Source of the DNA: Lama glama
Taxonomy: Eukaryota
Length of the DNA stretch: 64,000 nt
Reading direction: 5' to 3'
Assembly: GCA_028534125.1 (NCBI GenBank)
Contig: CM052829.1
Span: 3,472,001-3,536,000, forward strand
Shown piece after piece: positions 1-12,912 of this stretch (positions within the stretch are counted from its first letter, which is position 1; every line of letters starts with the position of its first letter). The position numbers and the translations under genes are program-made. The notes under the pieces were generated by a model. It made no database searches. It was given only the letters and a program-made list of their open reading frames with translations, and was not told the DNA's origin.

Positions 1-790
1 GTATCTATTTTAGTTATGCTCCATGCATTAAGAGAAAACACACTTAACATGAGTGCGACTATAGACAATCCCAGCAGAGAAATGGCAGCTGTAAAAATGA
101 GCCCAACATCAGAATTGAGTTGGTGGAGAAAAGAGAGTCAGAGCATTAGAAGTATTTCAGTAGGAATTGTCCAAGCGCAAGAACACAAAACGAGCAGAAT
201 AAGAAGAAATAAAGTGAGGAAAATCCGAGGCATTCATCAGAAGTTCTAACGTACGTTTATTCGCAGCACCAGAAAGGAGGGGTAGTGGGTGGGCCAAATA
301 AAAGGAAAATTCTCAATGGCCAAAAATTTACCAGATTTACTAAAGACATAAATTGAAAGACACAGGAAACTAAGTAAGCCCCAAATAGGTTAAATTCAAA
401 GAAGCCACCTCTAGACACATCATAATCAAACTGCTGAACAGCAAAGAGAATGAAAAAACATGTTGAAAATGACCAGAGAAATGATATTTTCCACACAGAA
501 GGACAATGATTTGCATGGCTGCAGATAGCTCACTGGAAAGTTTAGAGACTGGAAGACAGTGGACAAAAAACTTCCTTCAAAACAAACAAAGAAAAAAACA
601 AACGAAAACTGGACTTGTCAGTCCAGTGTTTCATATCTAGCAGGAATTAAGAGAAAGTTTCAGATGGAGGTATATTCATACAAAGTGTCGCTAGCAGGTT
701 GTCCTACAGGAAATGCTAAGGGAAGTCTTTGAGGAATTAGCGCTGATGGAAACTTGGATAAACATTCAGGAATGAAGAAAGAGCACAGGA
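1..790 (+). mobile_element. Ancient L1M LINE fragment (decayed ORF1 region)
   Basis: A-rich sense strand with L1 ORF1-like segments (agacataaattgaaagacacaggaaactaag...ccccaaatagg; ctctagacacatcataatcaaactgctgaa; ggaaatgctaagggaagtcttt); no intact frame. Confidence 0.75.
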
Positions 791-1171
791 AACAAGGATG
801 ACCTATTCAACACACACACACAAGAAAAATAATTGCATGTTATTCCATCCACTTTTCATAAACAAAACTTCGCATCTATCAGGTATTTTCCCCCAAACAC
901 AGCCACCGTGCCGCAGCCATTGCATTTTCAGATGCTTTAGTATCTGCCATAACATTTTCATAGCATTTTTTCCAGCCTTACAGGCTCCGGTCTCAGTCAC
1001 TAGTTCACCCCGCACCACAGTGCAGGTAAGGTGTACAAACAAGGTGTTAAGATTCCACTTCCGTTCCTCCCAGGTGGCTGTTTGGCCTCCATATAAATGC
1101 AAATAGATGCGCATTGTTAAGAAGCCAGGTCTGTCTTCGCCCACTAATCCTTCTTAAACACCAAGCCCTGG

Positions 1172-1392
1172 ACTGAGGGTTGCAAAGCAAATTTGCAGTC
1201 CACACCTGACCCACTGCCTGCTTTTGTAAATAAAGTTTCACTGGAACACAGGCTTTCTTTGGTTTCAGTATCGTCTGTGGATGCTTTCACTCTGCAACAG
1301 CAGAGCCGAGCAGTCGTGAGAGGCGCTGTTTGACCCTGAAAGCCCGCAATGCTTATTGTTTGGTCCTCTGCTGTGACGGTTTGGTCCTCTAG
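1172..1392. mobile_element. MER58A-like hAT-Charlie MITE
   Basis: ccactgcctgcttttgtaaataaagtttcactggaacacag...gctttcactctgcaacagcagagccgagcagtcgtgagag matches recalled MER58A core. Confidence 0.75.
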
Positions 1393-1739
1393 ACAAAGAC
1401 AAATGCATATTTTGATTATTCTTGTTATAAAAATGGAAAGCAGATACCTTTTCTACATCTAGATAGTACAAAGAACACCGTAGTGTTATTTCCTGGAAAA
1501 TAAAAGTTGCTGTTAATGTAAATAGACCCATCAACCTTTACAAACTGAAAACTACTGGCAGTTTTCCTAAACCCCAGATTAAGGAGAGAAGCATCAGCCC
1601 CACTATCTATTTTGTAATGATTATAATTACTGAAAAATAAATATTGAAGATACTCTTGTACTTAGCTCATTCACTCATTCAATGATTAGAGAATTATTGA
1701 ATACTTTCTATGTTTCTTACATTCCATAGACACCACTTC

Positions 1740-2500
1740 ACATTCCAAAATTATTCAGAAGAATCAAGGACCAACAAGAACTAAGACACTCTTGAAGAAG
1801 ACGAGATTTACCTTACATATTGAGTATATTGTATATACTGATTATAAAGTTATATTGCAGTCTATGGGTGGTACAGACTTAGGGATTGATAAATAGACCA
1901 GCAGAAAAGAAAAAAGATCTGCAGAAACAGATCCATGTATATATGAAGACCTGAAATCCATCAGAGCCGTCACTTCCTATGCTTGGGGAAAATCGTCAAC
2001 ACATAGTCCAGGGGAAGTAATCAGTGATCTACGTGAGAAACAAGAAACAGATCTTTTAATTAATAAACAACAACTCATTCCATATGACTAGCAAAATTTG
2101 AATGCCATGCTTACTTTAGTCATTAGAGTTGAATTGACATCAATCTCCTGCTTCTTCTAACTATGAATGTGTAAGCTACTAACGTTAGAAGAAGTTGGGA
2201 GAAGGAAATAAGAGAGTTCTGTACAATTTTTGTAACTGTTCTATGAATCTACAATTCTTTCAAAATAAGTTTTTAAAAAAGTAGTACAAATAATACATGG
2301 TCAATAAAAATTAGATTACAAATGAATCATGAATTTAAATGTGAATAGCAAAACATAAAATTTTTTGAAAACAATATAAAAATGTATCTTTATTCTCTTT
2401 TGAGTGGGAAGGACTTTCTTAAATAAGACTTAATAAGTGCAAACCATAAGTAAATATATTGATAATTCCATCTACATTAAAATAAGAATCCCTGCACAGT
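1740..2500 (+). mobile_element. Old L1M ORF2 remnants with nested L1MB/MC-type 3' end (~2160-2280)
   Basis: gataaatagaccagcagaaaag...cagaaacagatccatgtatatatg; ttctgtacaatttttgtaactgttctatgaatctacaattctttcaaaataag followed by A-tail. Confidence 0.65.
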
Positions 2501-3059
2501 ACAATTTTTATCTTATTGCCGCAGTTGCCAAAATAATTTTGAGGAAAAGAAAATCAGTAGTCAATACTAGCTGATGTCAAATAGTTACTAAGATTCGAAA
2601 ATCAGATTTAATCTTAGGTCTGACTAATCCCAAATTTCTTGCTCTCAGTGTTATGATCTGTTCCTTCCTTAAAATGGTTATGTTAAATAATAATCAGCCA
2701 ACTATCTCGAAAAACAATACATGGATAATATGTACATTCACACACACACAAAATCAAACATTCCATCTTTAAAATAACTGAAAAAAATGAGAAGAATGCA
2801 ATTTATAATAAAATTACATGCATTTTATTATGTAAATGATTGGAGCACAAATACACTAGATCATGACACAGTTGGATACTTGTACCCCCTTAAATTTGTA
2901 TTCAAGGGATGACAACTCAGTTAACTAGTGCTCACACTTCTGTAGTTTTGATGTTGTGAAATAAGGCATAAATAAGGATACTCATATAATACAGTGCTTG
3001 TGCATATTACGGTTACAAATACAGATTGGTACCTATGTTGGACGGGTGACACATAACAC

Positions 3060-3453
3060 GAGAAGTGTGGCTGTTAGTGTACTGATTTTCTGGAGTTGTA
3101 AACAACTTCTGGTAAAAGTCTGAACAAAACAAAGTACACTCTTCCTCAACTTACATGATAATTGTTTCTGGAAAATTCCATGACTATTAAAGCCCAGCAA
3201 AAAATACTTTATGTCTCAAAAGACTATTAGGTTTAGGTTCAGACATTCACCCTCCTACAGGGCTCTTAGTGGGACACTTGACTGTCACGTGGGAAGGACT
3301 TCGTACAAATTTTTAGTGTACAGGACTGCCCTGTCAATATCTGACTCATGTGGGTCCAACGCACGAAAACCTCAGTGCACTGCTACACTTTGAGACAACA
3401 CAAAACAGCTCAGACATTTCCGAAGAATTTTTAAGGACCCTGTTGAGAACCAC
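3060..3453. mobile_element. MER20/MER20B-like hAT-Charlie DNA transposon fossil
   Basis: Terminal gagacaac...cagacatttcc...gttgagaaccact and internal ctggaaaattcc...aaaaaatactttatg resemble MER20B. Confidence 0.5.
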
Positions 3454-3744
3454 TATCTAACTTACACTAAGCTTCAGATTAACTTAATTGTTTGGCATTA
3501 TTATATTTAATTAAAAAATAGACTAATAGTTCCTTATGTTTATTTGTTCTTCCACTTTCAAAGTAAATTCTATGTTAACTCTTCTCCTCAAAAACTATAA
3601 AATGTAGTCATCTCTACTTTTCAGATGGATTTAACTTAAAAGGGTTTAGTGATTTGTTCCAAGTCAAACAGCCAGAACATAGAAGTAAGGGTGTCTATTC
3701 AATTGTAAGGGTTTATAAATTTTTTTTTACATTTCTTCTCTTTT

Positions 3745-3818
3745 GTTTTTTTCAATTGAAGTATAGTCAATTTCCAGTGTTGTGTTAGTTTCTGGTGTAC
3801 AGCATAATGATTCAGTTT

Positions 3819-3874
<56 letters not shown>

Positions 3875-3931
3875 TATATATATTCTTTGATTCGATTCTT
3901 TTTCATTATAGGTTATCACAAGCTATTGAAT
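3745..3931 (-). mobile_element. 5'-truncated cetartiodactyl-type L1 3' end inserted in a MIR remnant
   Basis: T-tract then aattgaagtatagtcaatttccagtgttgtgttagtttctggtgtacagcataatgattcagtt; same family as copies at 10.2 and 42.7 kb. Confidence 0.85.
3821..3882. repeat. Compound microsatellite (TA)20(CA)6(TA)4 expanded inside the L1 3' UTR
   Basis: Directly visible. Confidence 0.95.
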
Positions 3932-4713
3932 TAAACCATCTAAGCCCCTGATATGCAGTGGCTCTTTACCACATTAGGACACGTGGATTCTCTTGGCAGA
4001 ACTGGGCAAAGGAAAACAGCAGCACGCTGGGGGTCCTCGCTGCCACCTTACACGACTCTTGCCCTGGGTGTCCCACAGCAGCGGTAGTTCCCCCTAGCCT
4101 GCACCTCACTGTGCAGCCAGCCTGTCTCTGAGATGTGCACCCAGCATTTTCTGAAGCCTGTGTGATATATTAAGACACTGTGTTCACTGTTGAAGGCAGC
4201 CATCTGTTCTGAAGAGCTGACACATTTGTTCTGATAGCAGCGCTGGGAAGAGGTCTAACAGAGCTGCAGCGGGGTGGTGAGGACAGAAGGCAGCTGGCGG
4301 CCCCAGGCCCCATAAGAACACGATGGAAAGCTCTACTGGGAACTGAAAAAGACCAAAGAACTCTCATGCAAGCAATCCAGTTGTGACACCGAGATAACAG
4401 CCAAACCACAAGGTACAGGCAACCTTTTCCATCTCTCACCTAAGGAGAGTATAGGGAATGCAAGGCCCTCATGGGAAGCAGGTGGAAGCATCTGCAAACT
4501 CATCCCTCCCTTTTAGGATAAACAATTTTGATATAAAAAGACTATGTATCGGATCATACCATTACACATCTACCTTCTTTTAGGCATAAGACAAGAACTA
4601 ACTTGTCCTCTGCTTCTTGACAGCATGATGGCCCAGCAGGTGAGAATTCACACACTAGGGTACCCTGACAGGCTTTCGTAGGAGGGGGCACCAAGTCAGG
4701 AACGTTAAGGGGA

Positions 4714-5184
4714 TGTGGTAGGTAAAACAATGGCTCCTCAAAAATGTCCACATCTGAACCTTTGGAACCTATGAATTTGCTATGTCCTAAGGTAAATTGA
4801 ATTAAGATTGTAGACAGAATTTTATATGCAAATCAGCTAATTTTGAATGGGGAGATTATCGTGGATTATTGGATAGACCCAATGTAATCTCACAGGAAGG
4901 AGGCAGGAGTGTGTCAGAATCATGTGTTGTGAGACTCAAGCAGCCATTGGAGGCTTTGAAGCTGGAAGGGGTCCACCAGCCACGGGATGCTGACAGGCTC
5001 TAGAAGCTGGAAAAGGCTGGACTCACTCCTAGAGCCTCCAGAAAGGCACACGCCCTGCTGAGACCTTGGGTTTAGCCCAGTGAGAGCCATTTTCAACTTC
5101 TGATCTCGAGAACTGTATGATAATAACATTGCGTTCTTGCCAGTCACTAAGGATGATTATTCACAGCAGCAATAGGAGAATAAT
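4714..5184 (+). mobile_element. MLT1D-like MaLR solo LTR
   Basis: Starts tgtggtagg...aatggctcctcaaaaatgtccacatc; gctctagaagctggaaaaggc; cctagagcctccagaaagg; ends acagcagcaataggagaataat. Confidence 0.85.
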
Positions 5185-7985
5185 GGAGGGTTTTATTTTT
5201 TGCATTGTGGCCGACTCAGAGCAGCAGGTTGATAAATTTAGCAGCGGTGACTTAGCGGGGAGAGAGAAAGACATTTCATGGCTGCATGTGTTTGCATCAT
5301 ATGTTGAATTCTATCATAATTTCAGCTCTCCCGATTTAGAAGCGATAGGGGCTATAATCAAACAAGTTCTCCTGGGGAATGATTCCAGTGCTCTGGTGAG
5401 AGGAAATTATGAATGATGTCCAGGCAAATTAATTTTGGCTATCGGAAGAAGAGTTTTGTATCATTGCACTACTCATTTGTCAAAGGCATAATCATTTTGA
5501 GAAAGAAGATTTGAAGAGGAATGCTTTAAGGAGGCGTATGGGGTTAACTGAAGGCAGCTGAGGCCGGCTAATAAACTTTGCCTTATTCATACATTTACAG
5601 AATATTTTAGGAGCTGTACTGAGTGTGGAGATGATTAAAAAGATGGCCAAACTTAGCTTGTGTTCTCCAGAAGTTAACTGTCCAGTGAAGGAGATAATCT
5701 TATGGATGATTAAAACACAGCCTGGCAAATGCTTCCCCAGAGGTATGAGTAGGATGCAGGCAAACAAGGAGATGGGACTGAGTGTGCCTGGGAGGGGACA
5801 ATCAGCAGTGTTTCACAGTGTGGTCACCTTCCCTGTGTACCCTCATTGCATCCCTGAACACCCAGTTTTTGCAACCAGCGTCATTAAATGGTCTTCAGTA
5901 TTTACTGGTCCTTAAGGAAAAGGGCTGTCCTTCTTTCTTGTGTGAATTCCTAGCAACTGTTTCAGGCAGTGGCCATTCTGATGTTGCTGAATAAAGTTAC
6001 TTACTTGCTGGGTGAGTGAACGAATGACTGCGTGAATCAAGTGACATTTGATCTCACGGATGACGAAGTACAAGCAAACGATCTGTGAAGCAAACAGTGC
6101 TGTACTGTGGGCATCCAGATTCCAAAGGCATCCCTCAGCAGTGCACTGTTCTTACATATAAACGCCACCTCAATCCAGGCGCTGTCAAGACGGGGAGCGA
6201 TAGACTAGCACTGGTGTCCAAGGCGGTGACCTCTTTCTCCCCGCACGTGGTCGCAGTCGCAGGAGCTCGTTCATGTAAATGAGTTAGACAGTGAGCCTTG
6301 GTGTCAAGGCTTCGGGGAATGGAACACGGAAAACGATGCCTCGCCTCGCCTTGGACTCAGAAAGCCTGCCCCTGCGCCACCCTGCTTTCTCCCCTGGGCC
6401 ACTCCCTTTTCCACCTTTCCCTGATTATTCCCTTTGTCCACATGCATTCTGTCTAAAACAAAAATCATTCCAAGATCCAGAATCAAATAACTAAGTTTAA
6501 GTATTTGTTGCTTCTAAGGAGCCAAGAGAGCCTAAAGCCATTAGAACCAGACTGACCACAAACTCTACTTCTTCCTACCAGATTTCACGTCTGTAGCATG
6601 TCGCATGTTTGTTTTGTTTGTGTTCGTTTATTTGTCTGTTTCCACTCTTCCCAACACATAAGAGATGCTGAGAGGACCCAAGACTGGGGCGAGCACAGAG
6701 TTGAAGGGCTGGTTGCCCAGCTGCTGTGTCGGGGCTCATCAGGGAAGAGGCATTTGGAGCCAGTTGGTTCTTGGAAAAGGTCATGACCGAACATACGAAC
6801 CATTCTCTCACCGATAGCTGGAATTTGAAGAATTTTTTAAAAATATTCATGCAATAGTTATTTCAATTGTATTTTTGGTAGTAACTGTGGGCAATAATGA
6901 GGTTTTATGATGATATCTAATGATAAGAGGTGCTTCAGACAGTTAACAAGGTCACTTCTGAAATTTTAATTAAGGTCTAGCATTTATATATGGTTCTTAA
7001 AATATGACTTTTGCATGTATTTTATTGGGGAAGAGAGAAGAATTTCTGCAGTTTGTGAATTTTATTAGGAACTTGAGATCAGTACTTGTTAGATTTGCAT
7101 ATATCCGAACTACATACTCTACTTACCTCTTGGACTTTCTTAATTATAATATTAGTCACTGGTTTACAAATTTGCAGAGTCATCAGTCCTCGAATTATAA
7201 AAATGCAATTTTATAACCCACTGTTTATTTCCGTATAAACACTTGAGTACATATCAGGGTCTCTCTGTTGATAGCACAATAGAATTTGCTAGAAGCTACA
7301 TTAAAACATAAAGTCCCAGTATTTATACTACATTATACAGGGACCTTTTGAGCCAAGTGGTAAATCTTATGACATAGATTTGGAGATAGTATTAACTTCT
7401 TAAATTTATTATATCCATTATTATGGGTGATTTTTATAAATAAAAAATTATACATATATATTTATAGGTTAATTTTTTTTAAAAGGAATGCTAAAGTTTC
7501 AGGAGAGAGAGATCATGGTATTCATAGCTCAATTTTACATATGAAAACAGTGAGACTGGTTAAACAGATAAACAGCCTATTAAATATAACAGAATGGATT
7601 CAAACTTCGGATTCTGAGCTATGCTATTTATCACATGTGCATACAATCACACATCCAGTACAGACGGAATTAAACAAGGGAAAGTAACCCAGAATATCTT
7701 AATATAGTGTCCGAATATCCGAGAGGAAATATGAATGTGTTCTGGGAAGAAACACTATAAATATCCTAATGAAATGTACCACGTAAATTTTGAAATATAT
7801 GAGCCACACTTTTTGAACAATGTAAAAACTGCAAATTTTCCCACAAGACTGCAAATCAGAAATCAAGTCGTCTCATGGAGTCTTACAGCTACTCTGTTCA
7901 TACTTCCCCTGCTGCAGCCACCTCCCCGCTCTCTTAGTGTGAGCTAGAGATTGGAGCCAATGACATAATTTTCCCAGTGCTAGAG

Positions 7986-8070
7986 ATTTTTGATACCTGG
8001 TTTTAATAGTCAGTTTCAAAATAACTATATTTTTGATACCTGGTTTGATAGTTGGTTTTAAAACAACTAT
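7986..8070. repeat. Diverged tandem duplication, 2 x ~43 bp
   Basis: atttttgatacctggttttaatagtcagtttcaaaataactat / atttttgatacctggtttgatagttggttttaaaacaactat. Confidence 0.9.
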
Positions 8071-8269
8071 AAAATTATGCTTTTCTTTTATTCCTTTGAG
8101 ACTATTAACAAATGACCTAGGAAATGAAAAACACACATGAAGGAATCTCCAACACCTAAGAGAGACCGGGCTGAGACGGACCATCAGGCTCAAGTCTCTA
8201 AAGATAAGGACTCCTTTTACCCTTTTTTTTTTTTTCCCTTTGACTACAAGACTTGACTATGTCTGGATG

Positions 8270-8560
8270 TGACCTTCAGTTTCTTTAGAAGTTGTATCAG
8301 CGTCACTTATGTGAAGCTTCATAGCAAATGGCAACAGAAGATCAATAATCAGGAGGTCCTGAAGCGGTGGAGCCAGGCATCCTGACACGGCATGTCTACA
8401 GGATGACTGACAGCAGGACATGTAGGCAACTCCTGGGCATCCCAGATGAAGAAGGGTCGCCCCAGGAAGCATAACTTGAAAGCCGGCATGGTGACATACG
8501 GAATCAAGTCCTCAGAGTTGTAGCAGCAGGCACCCAACAGTGTGCTGAGCAGCAGCGTGA
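8270..8560 (+). mobile_element. Decayed RTE-clade LINE ORF C-terminal fragment (MamRTE1-like)
   Basis: Frame-shifted translation gives LYQRHL, KWQQKINNQEVLKR (8326-8367) and RHVYRMTDSRTCRQLL, in the order of RTE motifs HQRCLR..WQDKI.N.EVL.R..GHV.RM.DSR.PKQLL. Confidence 0.65.
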
Positions 8561-8959
8561 GATGGGCTGATTCATTTTGGGCAAGAAAGGTAGCCGTCCA
8601 AGAGGCAGAACCCTGAAAACGACAGGTCTCAGAGCTGAGGCTCCCCTGTGCTCCAGAGGGCGTGTGTCTGCTCTATTAAGTGGCTGCTGTGTGTAGTGAC
8701 ATTTTTCCCAAGCACTCAGTGAAGGGCGGATTCTTTGAGATGGCAGCTTCTGGGTGGTCTGTACAAGGGACACTTAACATCACTGCAACAACTTTGATAA
8801 GAGTAATTTGCTTATTAAGGACTTTAGACTGCCCTTCCAGTATCTAAGCTCCTGAGGGTCTGTGGGCAGGTGAAAAACTAACAGGAGGAAAATGAAACTG
8901 CAGATGTATTATTATTAGCCGCAGTATTATCATAAAAGTAGATTTGACTCCTGGGCCCC

Positions 8960-9330
8960 TACATGTGGCTCCCCAGCTCCACAGGGTGTGTGGAGGAGGG
9001 TGACAAGGTGCCACTCCCAGGACTGAGTTGTGCAGCCCTTCAGAAGGCAGATTATCTGGGCGTGGCTACTCTAATCGCAGGAGGCCTTAAAGGCACAGAA
9101 TTTCCTCTGGCAGCAGAGGGTAGCGGATGTCAGAGACATTAGCTAAACAGGCCAAACCTACGTACCTCCTGAACCCCCACGAAGGAGCGTCACCTGCTGA
9201 CAAGTTGCCAGTGGCCTCAGGAGACCTGGCGGAGTCCAGCCACGTGTCTAGCCCCAGGGAGCCTGTGAGACAATAAAGGTGAGCTGTTTTAAGCCTAGAA
9301 GTTTGTGGTAATTTGCTCCCCATGAATATA
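8960..9330 (+). mobile_element. MLT1E-like MaLR LTR (internally deleted)
   Basis: gcagattatctgggcgtggct...ctaatcgcaggaggccttaaa; ctgtgagacaataaaggtgagctgttttaagcctagaagtttgtggtaatttg. Confidence 0.7.
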
Positions 9331-9564
9331 AAATTCAGGAAGAGAAATTAATACACCATGACGGGGTCTCAGCGACTCTCAGGGGCCCACAGACGACATT
9401 TGAGAACCGCTGGTTTAAGAAATAGTTTGGTAGACTTCAGTCTATGCTGTTCATAGTCTTAAATTTTCAGATATTCTATTTTGACACCACAAATACCTTT
9501 CACAAGCTGAATTCAGGCTTGCTTAGATCCAGCAAGTGAAGTCTGAGCATTCTGCCATCATAGA

Positions 9565-9800
9565 CTGGTCACCCGCAGACAAATTAGGCCTGTGGGCATG
9601 TTTCCTGGGACAGATTGTAGGCCACACAGTCCTTTAAATTAGGTGGCAATACTCAAACATTACGAAGTATGAAAACGCAGACTTCCGGCCTCTCTGCAAA
9701 CTCACCGCGTGTGGCACGTTGCACCCTCACTGCTTTGTGGTGGCATCCGGCCAAGGGGGTTGAAGTTGTCCCTTTACTCTGGGAATGTTCTCTCCAGCTA
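9565..9800. mobile_element. Probable hAT-Charlie fossil (MER102-like)
   Basis: ggccacacagtcctttaaa...cagacttccggcctctctg...gggaatgttctctccag resembles recalled MER102. Confidence 0.35.
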
Positions 9801-10113
9801 ATCGCTCTCCGGTCCTGGCTCTCCGGTCCCTCGTCCAGGTCCCGCCCTGGTGCCTGCCGTCAGCCGCTCAGCAAAAGCAGTGGGAGACAGACTGAGCCGA
9901 GGTCATCCCTCTCCCTCCCAGGCGTCTCCCCCTGCTTCCTCGCTCCCTCTGTATCCCTGGGGCCTTGCTGGCTGGCCCTACCCCAAGCCCCCGCAGGCCG
10001 CGCAGCTGCTTCCCTTAGTGAGAGCCGATTTGCCCAGAGGGGGAGGAGAGAAAGCCAGAGGAGCAGCCCCGTGAGAGAGAAGGTGTCTTCACTCTCCTGT
10101 GGAGTCTCCTGGG

Positions 10114-10160
10114 GTGTGTGTGCGTGCGTGCGTGCGTGTGTTTGTGTGTGCTTGTGTGTG
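10114..10160. repeat. (GT)n/(GCGT)n microsatellite occupying the L1 poly(A) tail position
   Basis: gtgtgtgtgcgtgcgtgcgtgcgtgtgtttgtgtgtgcttgtgtgtg directly abuts the L1 3' terminus. Confidence 0.9.
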
Positions 10161-10535
10161 TTATTGAGGTATAGCTGGTTTGCAATGTTGTGTTAGTTTC
10201 TGGTGTACAGCAAAGTGATTCAGTTATACGTACATATATATATTCTTTTTCATTATAAGTTATTACAAGCTATTGAATATAGTTCCCTGTGCTGTACAGT
10301 AGGACCTTGTTGTTTATCTATCTCATATATAGTAGTTTGTGAGTGCAAATCCCAAACTCCCAATATATCCCTCCCCTTCATTCCCCGCTGGTGACCGTAA
10401 GTTTGCTTTCTATGTCTGTGAGTCTGTTTCTGTTTTGCAAATACATTCATTTGTGTCGTATTTTAGATTCCACTTATAAGTGATATCATGTGATATTTGT
10501 CTTTCTTGGAAGAAGTCAGTCAGAGAAAGACAAAT
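10161..10535 (-). mobile_element. 5'-truncated L1 3' end with a short 5' inversion
   Basis: attgaggtatagctggtttgcaatgttgtgttagtttctggtgtacagcaaagtgattcag...ttttagattccacttataagtgatatcatg; inverted L1 piece at 10511-10535. Confidence 0.9.
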
Positions 10536-11559
10536 TCTTTTAACACACGTGTGAGCTCTTCAGGTGCTACCCACCCTGTCCTGGCTTTCATGCTCTCAGC
10601 TGCAGTGTCCTTCACTCAGGTAGTCTGTGTCTGCTGTTTCCTTCAGCCGCTTGCGGTCCACTCATTGACTGGGATCACCCTTCATTCCGAGCATCTCTCC
10701 CAGGCAAGATCTGAAGTTCTCTCCCACTTGGCTTGTATCTCGCAAGCAGGAAGCGCTAACAAATGAGCGTTTGTGGTTTTTGCTTTTTTGATGGCTTAGG
10801 TGCATTTTATTGGTTTTTTTCAGGAGCACTCCACGCACTCATGGGGCTCTGCTCTCAGAGCATGTGGGCACCCTCACCTCCGCCCCTCCTCCCTTCTCAG
10901 GTGGGAGTCGGACCCCGACGGACGCCGCTCCACCGCTCCGCCGGCCCCCTGCCGTCCCTCTTCATCCTTTCCTGCAGGATGCGCTCCTTGCTGAGGGGCC
11001 GTCAAGCAAGGAGGACATGCAGGTTCACTGAAGCTGAATCAGAAAGGTGTCGTTTTGTCATTTTATTACATGGTCTGTGGAAACCTAGTTGAAATCTGAC
11101 TGTCAAAGTAAAACAACTGTCCCCCTCCGTTTGGTTTCACCCATAGATCTATGTGCAGATCTTCCATGTCATTGACACTTTAAAGGTTGGAAGATAATGG
11201 TGCGGTCAGGGAATAGGTCCATGTGGTATGTCCATCCATACCGCTTCTGAGTTGGCCTGATCTATAAGTCAACACAGCCTACGTATGAGTTAAACTGCAG
11301 GGCCACGTAACGACATCATCCTCAGTCAATACCTCTTTGTGAGGTTCAAAGTCTGTGTCATGAGTGATTGTTTTTCAAATGCTATGTGGAAATCCGCAGC
11401 TATTAAGTGTATTTTTAAAAGAAATTTAGTTCAAAAGAACATGCAAAAAATACACTAAAAATTCACGTAATAAAAGGAATACTTTACAAAAATATTCTTT
11501 GAGATTTCTTGCCATAAACTGCTGATTGAGGTGCTAGAAATTGGAAAGCTAAGTTTGAA

Positions 11560-12110
11560 TATTATTAGAAAATTATCAGCCAGAACAAGAGGCAAATTAA
11601 AAACTGGGAAGTATATTTATAACATGACAGGCTAATGATTAATGCTTTTAGGATTTGAAAGCCCCCAAGAAGTTGGTAAGAAAAAGACAATGGCTCCATT
11701 AAAACTAGCAAAAGATATGAACAAGTAAGTCATAAATTACTATGATGAAGTCCAAACTTGTTAATTACCTGCAAAATGCAAAAATAAACAAAATGGGAAG
11801 CAATTTTCCATCTTGCAGTAGGTAATGCAAAGTGTTGGCAGAGATTCAAGATAATCTCACGTGAAGCTGATAGAAGAGAAAAAAAGGTTATACATCTGAA
11901 TTTGGCAAAGTATAGGAAAATACTTAAATTATGCATATACTTTGACCCATCAGTCTCTCATCTAGAGATTTAAATCAAGGAAATATCAAGAGCTGTGTGC
12001 CAAGATTAGCTCCAAGAATGAACAGCGTTTTTTCTAACAGTGACAACTTTGAAAACAAAATTAAATGTAAAACACTAGCTTAGTAGTTGAATAACTTTAT
12101 ACTTCCTTAT
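11560..12110 (+). mobile_element. L1ME-type 3' remnant
   Basis: aaaactgggaagtatattt...gcaaaagatatgaacaag...atgcatatactttgacccatcagtctctcatctagag. Confidence 0.65.
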
Positions 12111-12657
12111 AAAGCTTTATCCTTTACCCACTAAACTACATGTATCAGGTTGGATAAAAAACATACTATTCTATCATAATTCATATTTATTCAGCATCTG
12201 CTTTGTGTCAGGGTCTTTTCTAGGTACTGGGGATAAAGCAATGGATAATTATATACATAGAAAAACTTTACACATATACAACAGATTCTTTACATTTATT
12301 TTTTGTTTCCTATAATTAAAAAAATACTGCTTTCTTTATAAGACAAGTATTTTAATTAAAATTTAATCTGAACAGTAGAAATCTTTGAAATCATTTTCAT
12401 CTATTCCTTATTTGTATCATTTTAATATTTTATAACTATTATGATTTCATATATCTCTAAACTATTAGAAGTTAAAAATCAAGTTTTATAATAAAAAGGG
12501 ATCTGAATCATATCTGGATAAGCTGCGTCTCTGTTCTCTTTTTCCCTGTTTAGGACATATTAATCTGGTAATGCAAGGTGACCCTCAAACACTTGGGGAC
12601 AGGAGATGCTGGAGAAATTATCGAGCTTCCCAGACTTCAGATTGACAATTCTGGGAG

Positions 12658-12695
<38 letters not shown>
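12658..12695. repeat. (TA)n microsatellite with one TG interruption
   Basis: Directly visible. Confidence 0.95.
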
Positions 12696-12696
<1 letters not shown>

Positions 12697-12912
12697 AGCA
12701 TTCAGCTATCTAAAATTTAATTTAGTTCATGGTCCAAGATATGTGTGAGTGTAAATCTTTTATTTCTGTCTTCTATATAGACAGTCAGCTGTGGCAATAC
12801 CATTTATTAAATAATCCATTTTTTGTTGGATTATGCTAACAACTATTTCTATGTTCTAATATCCACTTTTGTTTTAGTGATTTATTTTTCTAATTTCATG
12901 TTTCAGTAATGA

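Noticed and set aside
608-627. 8-bp inverted repeat actggact-tgtc-agtccagt
   Set aside because: Short enough to be expected by chance in 64 kb, and it lies in a decayed L1.
9669-10196. Longest ORF (175 aa)
   Set aside because: Runs through a DNA transposon fossil, a GC-rich patch, a (GT)n microsatellite and an antisense L1 end. It is stop-poor for compositional reasons and shows no protein-family resemblance.
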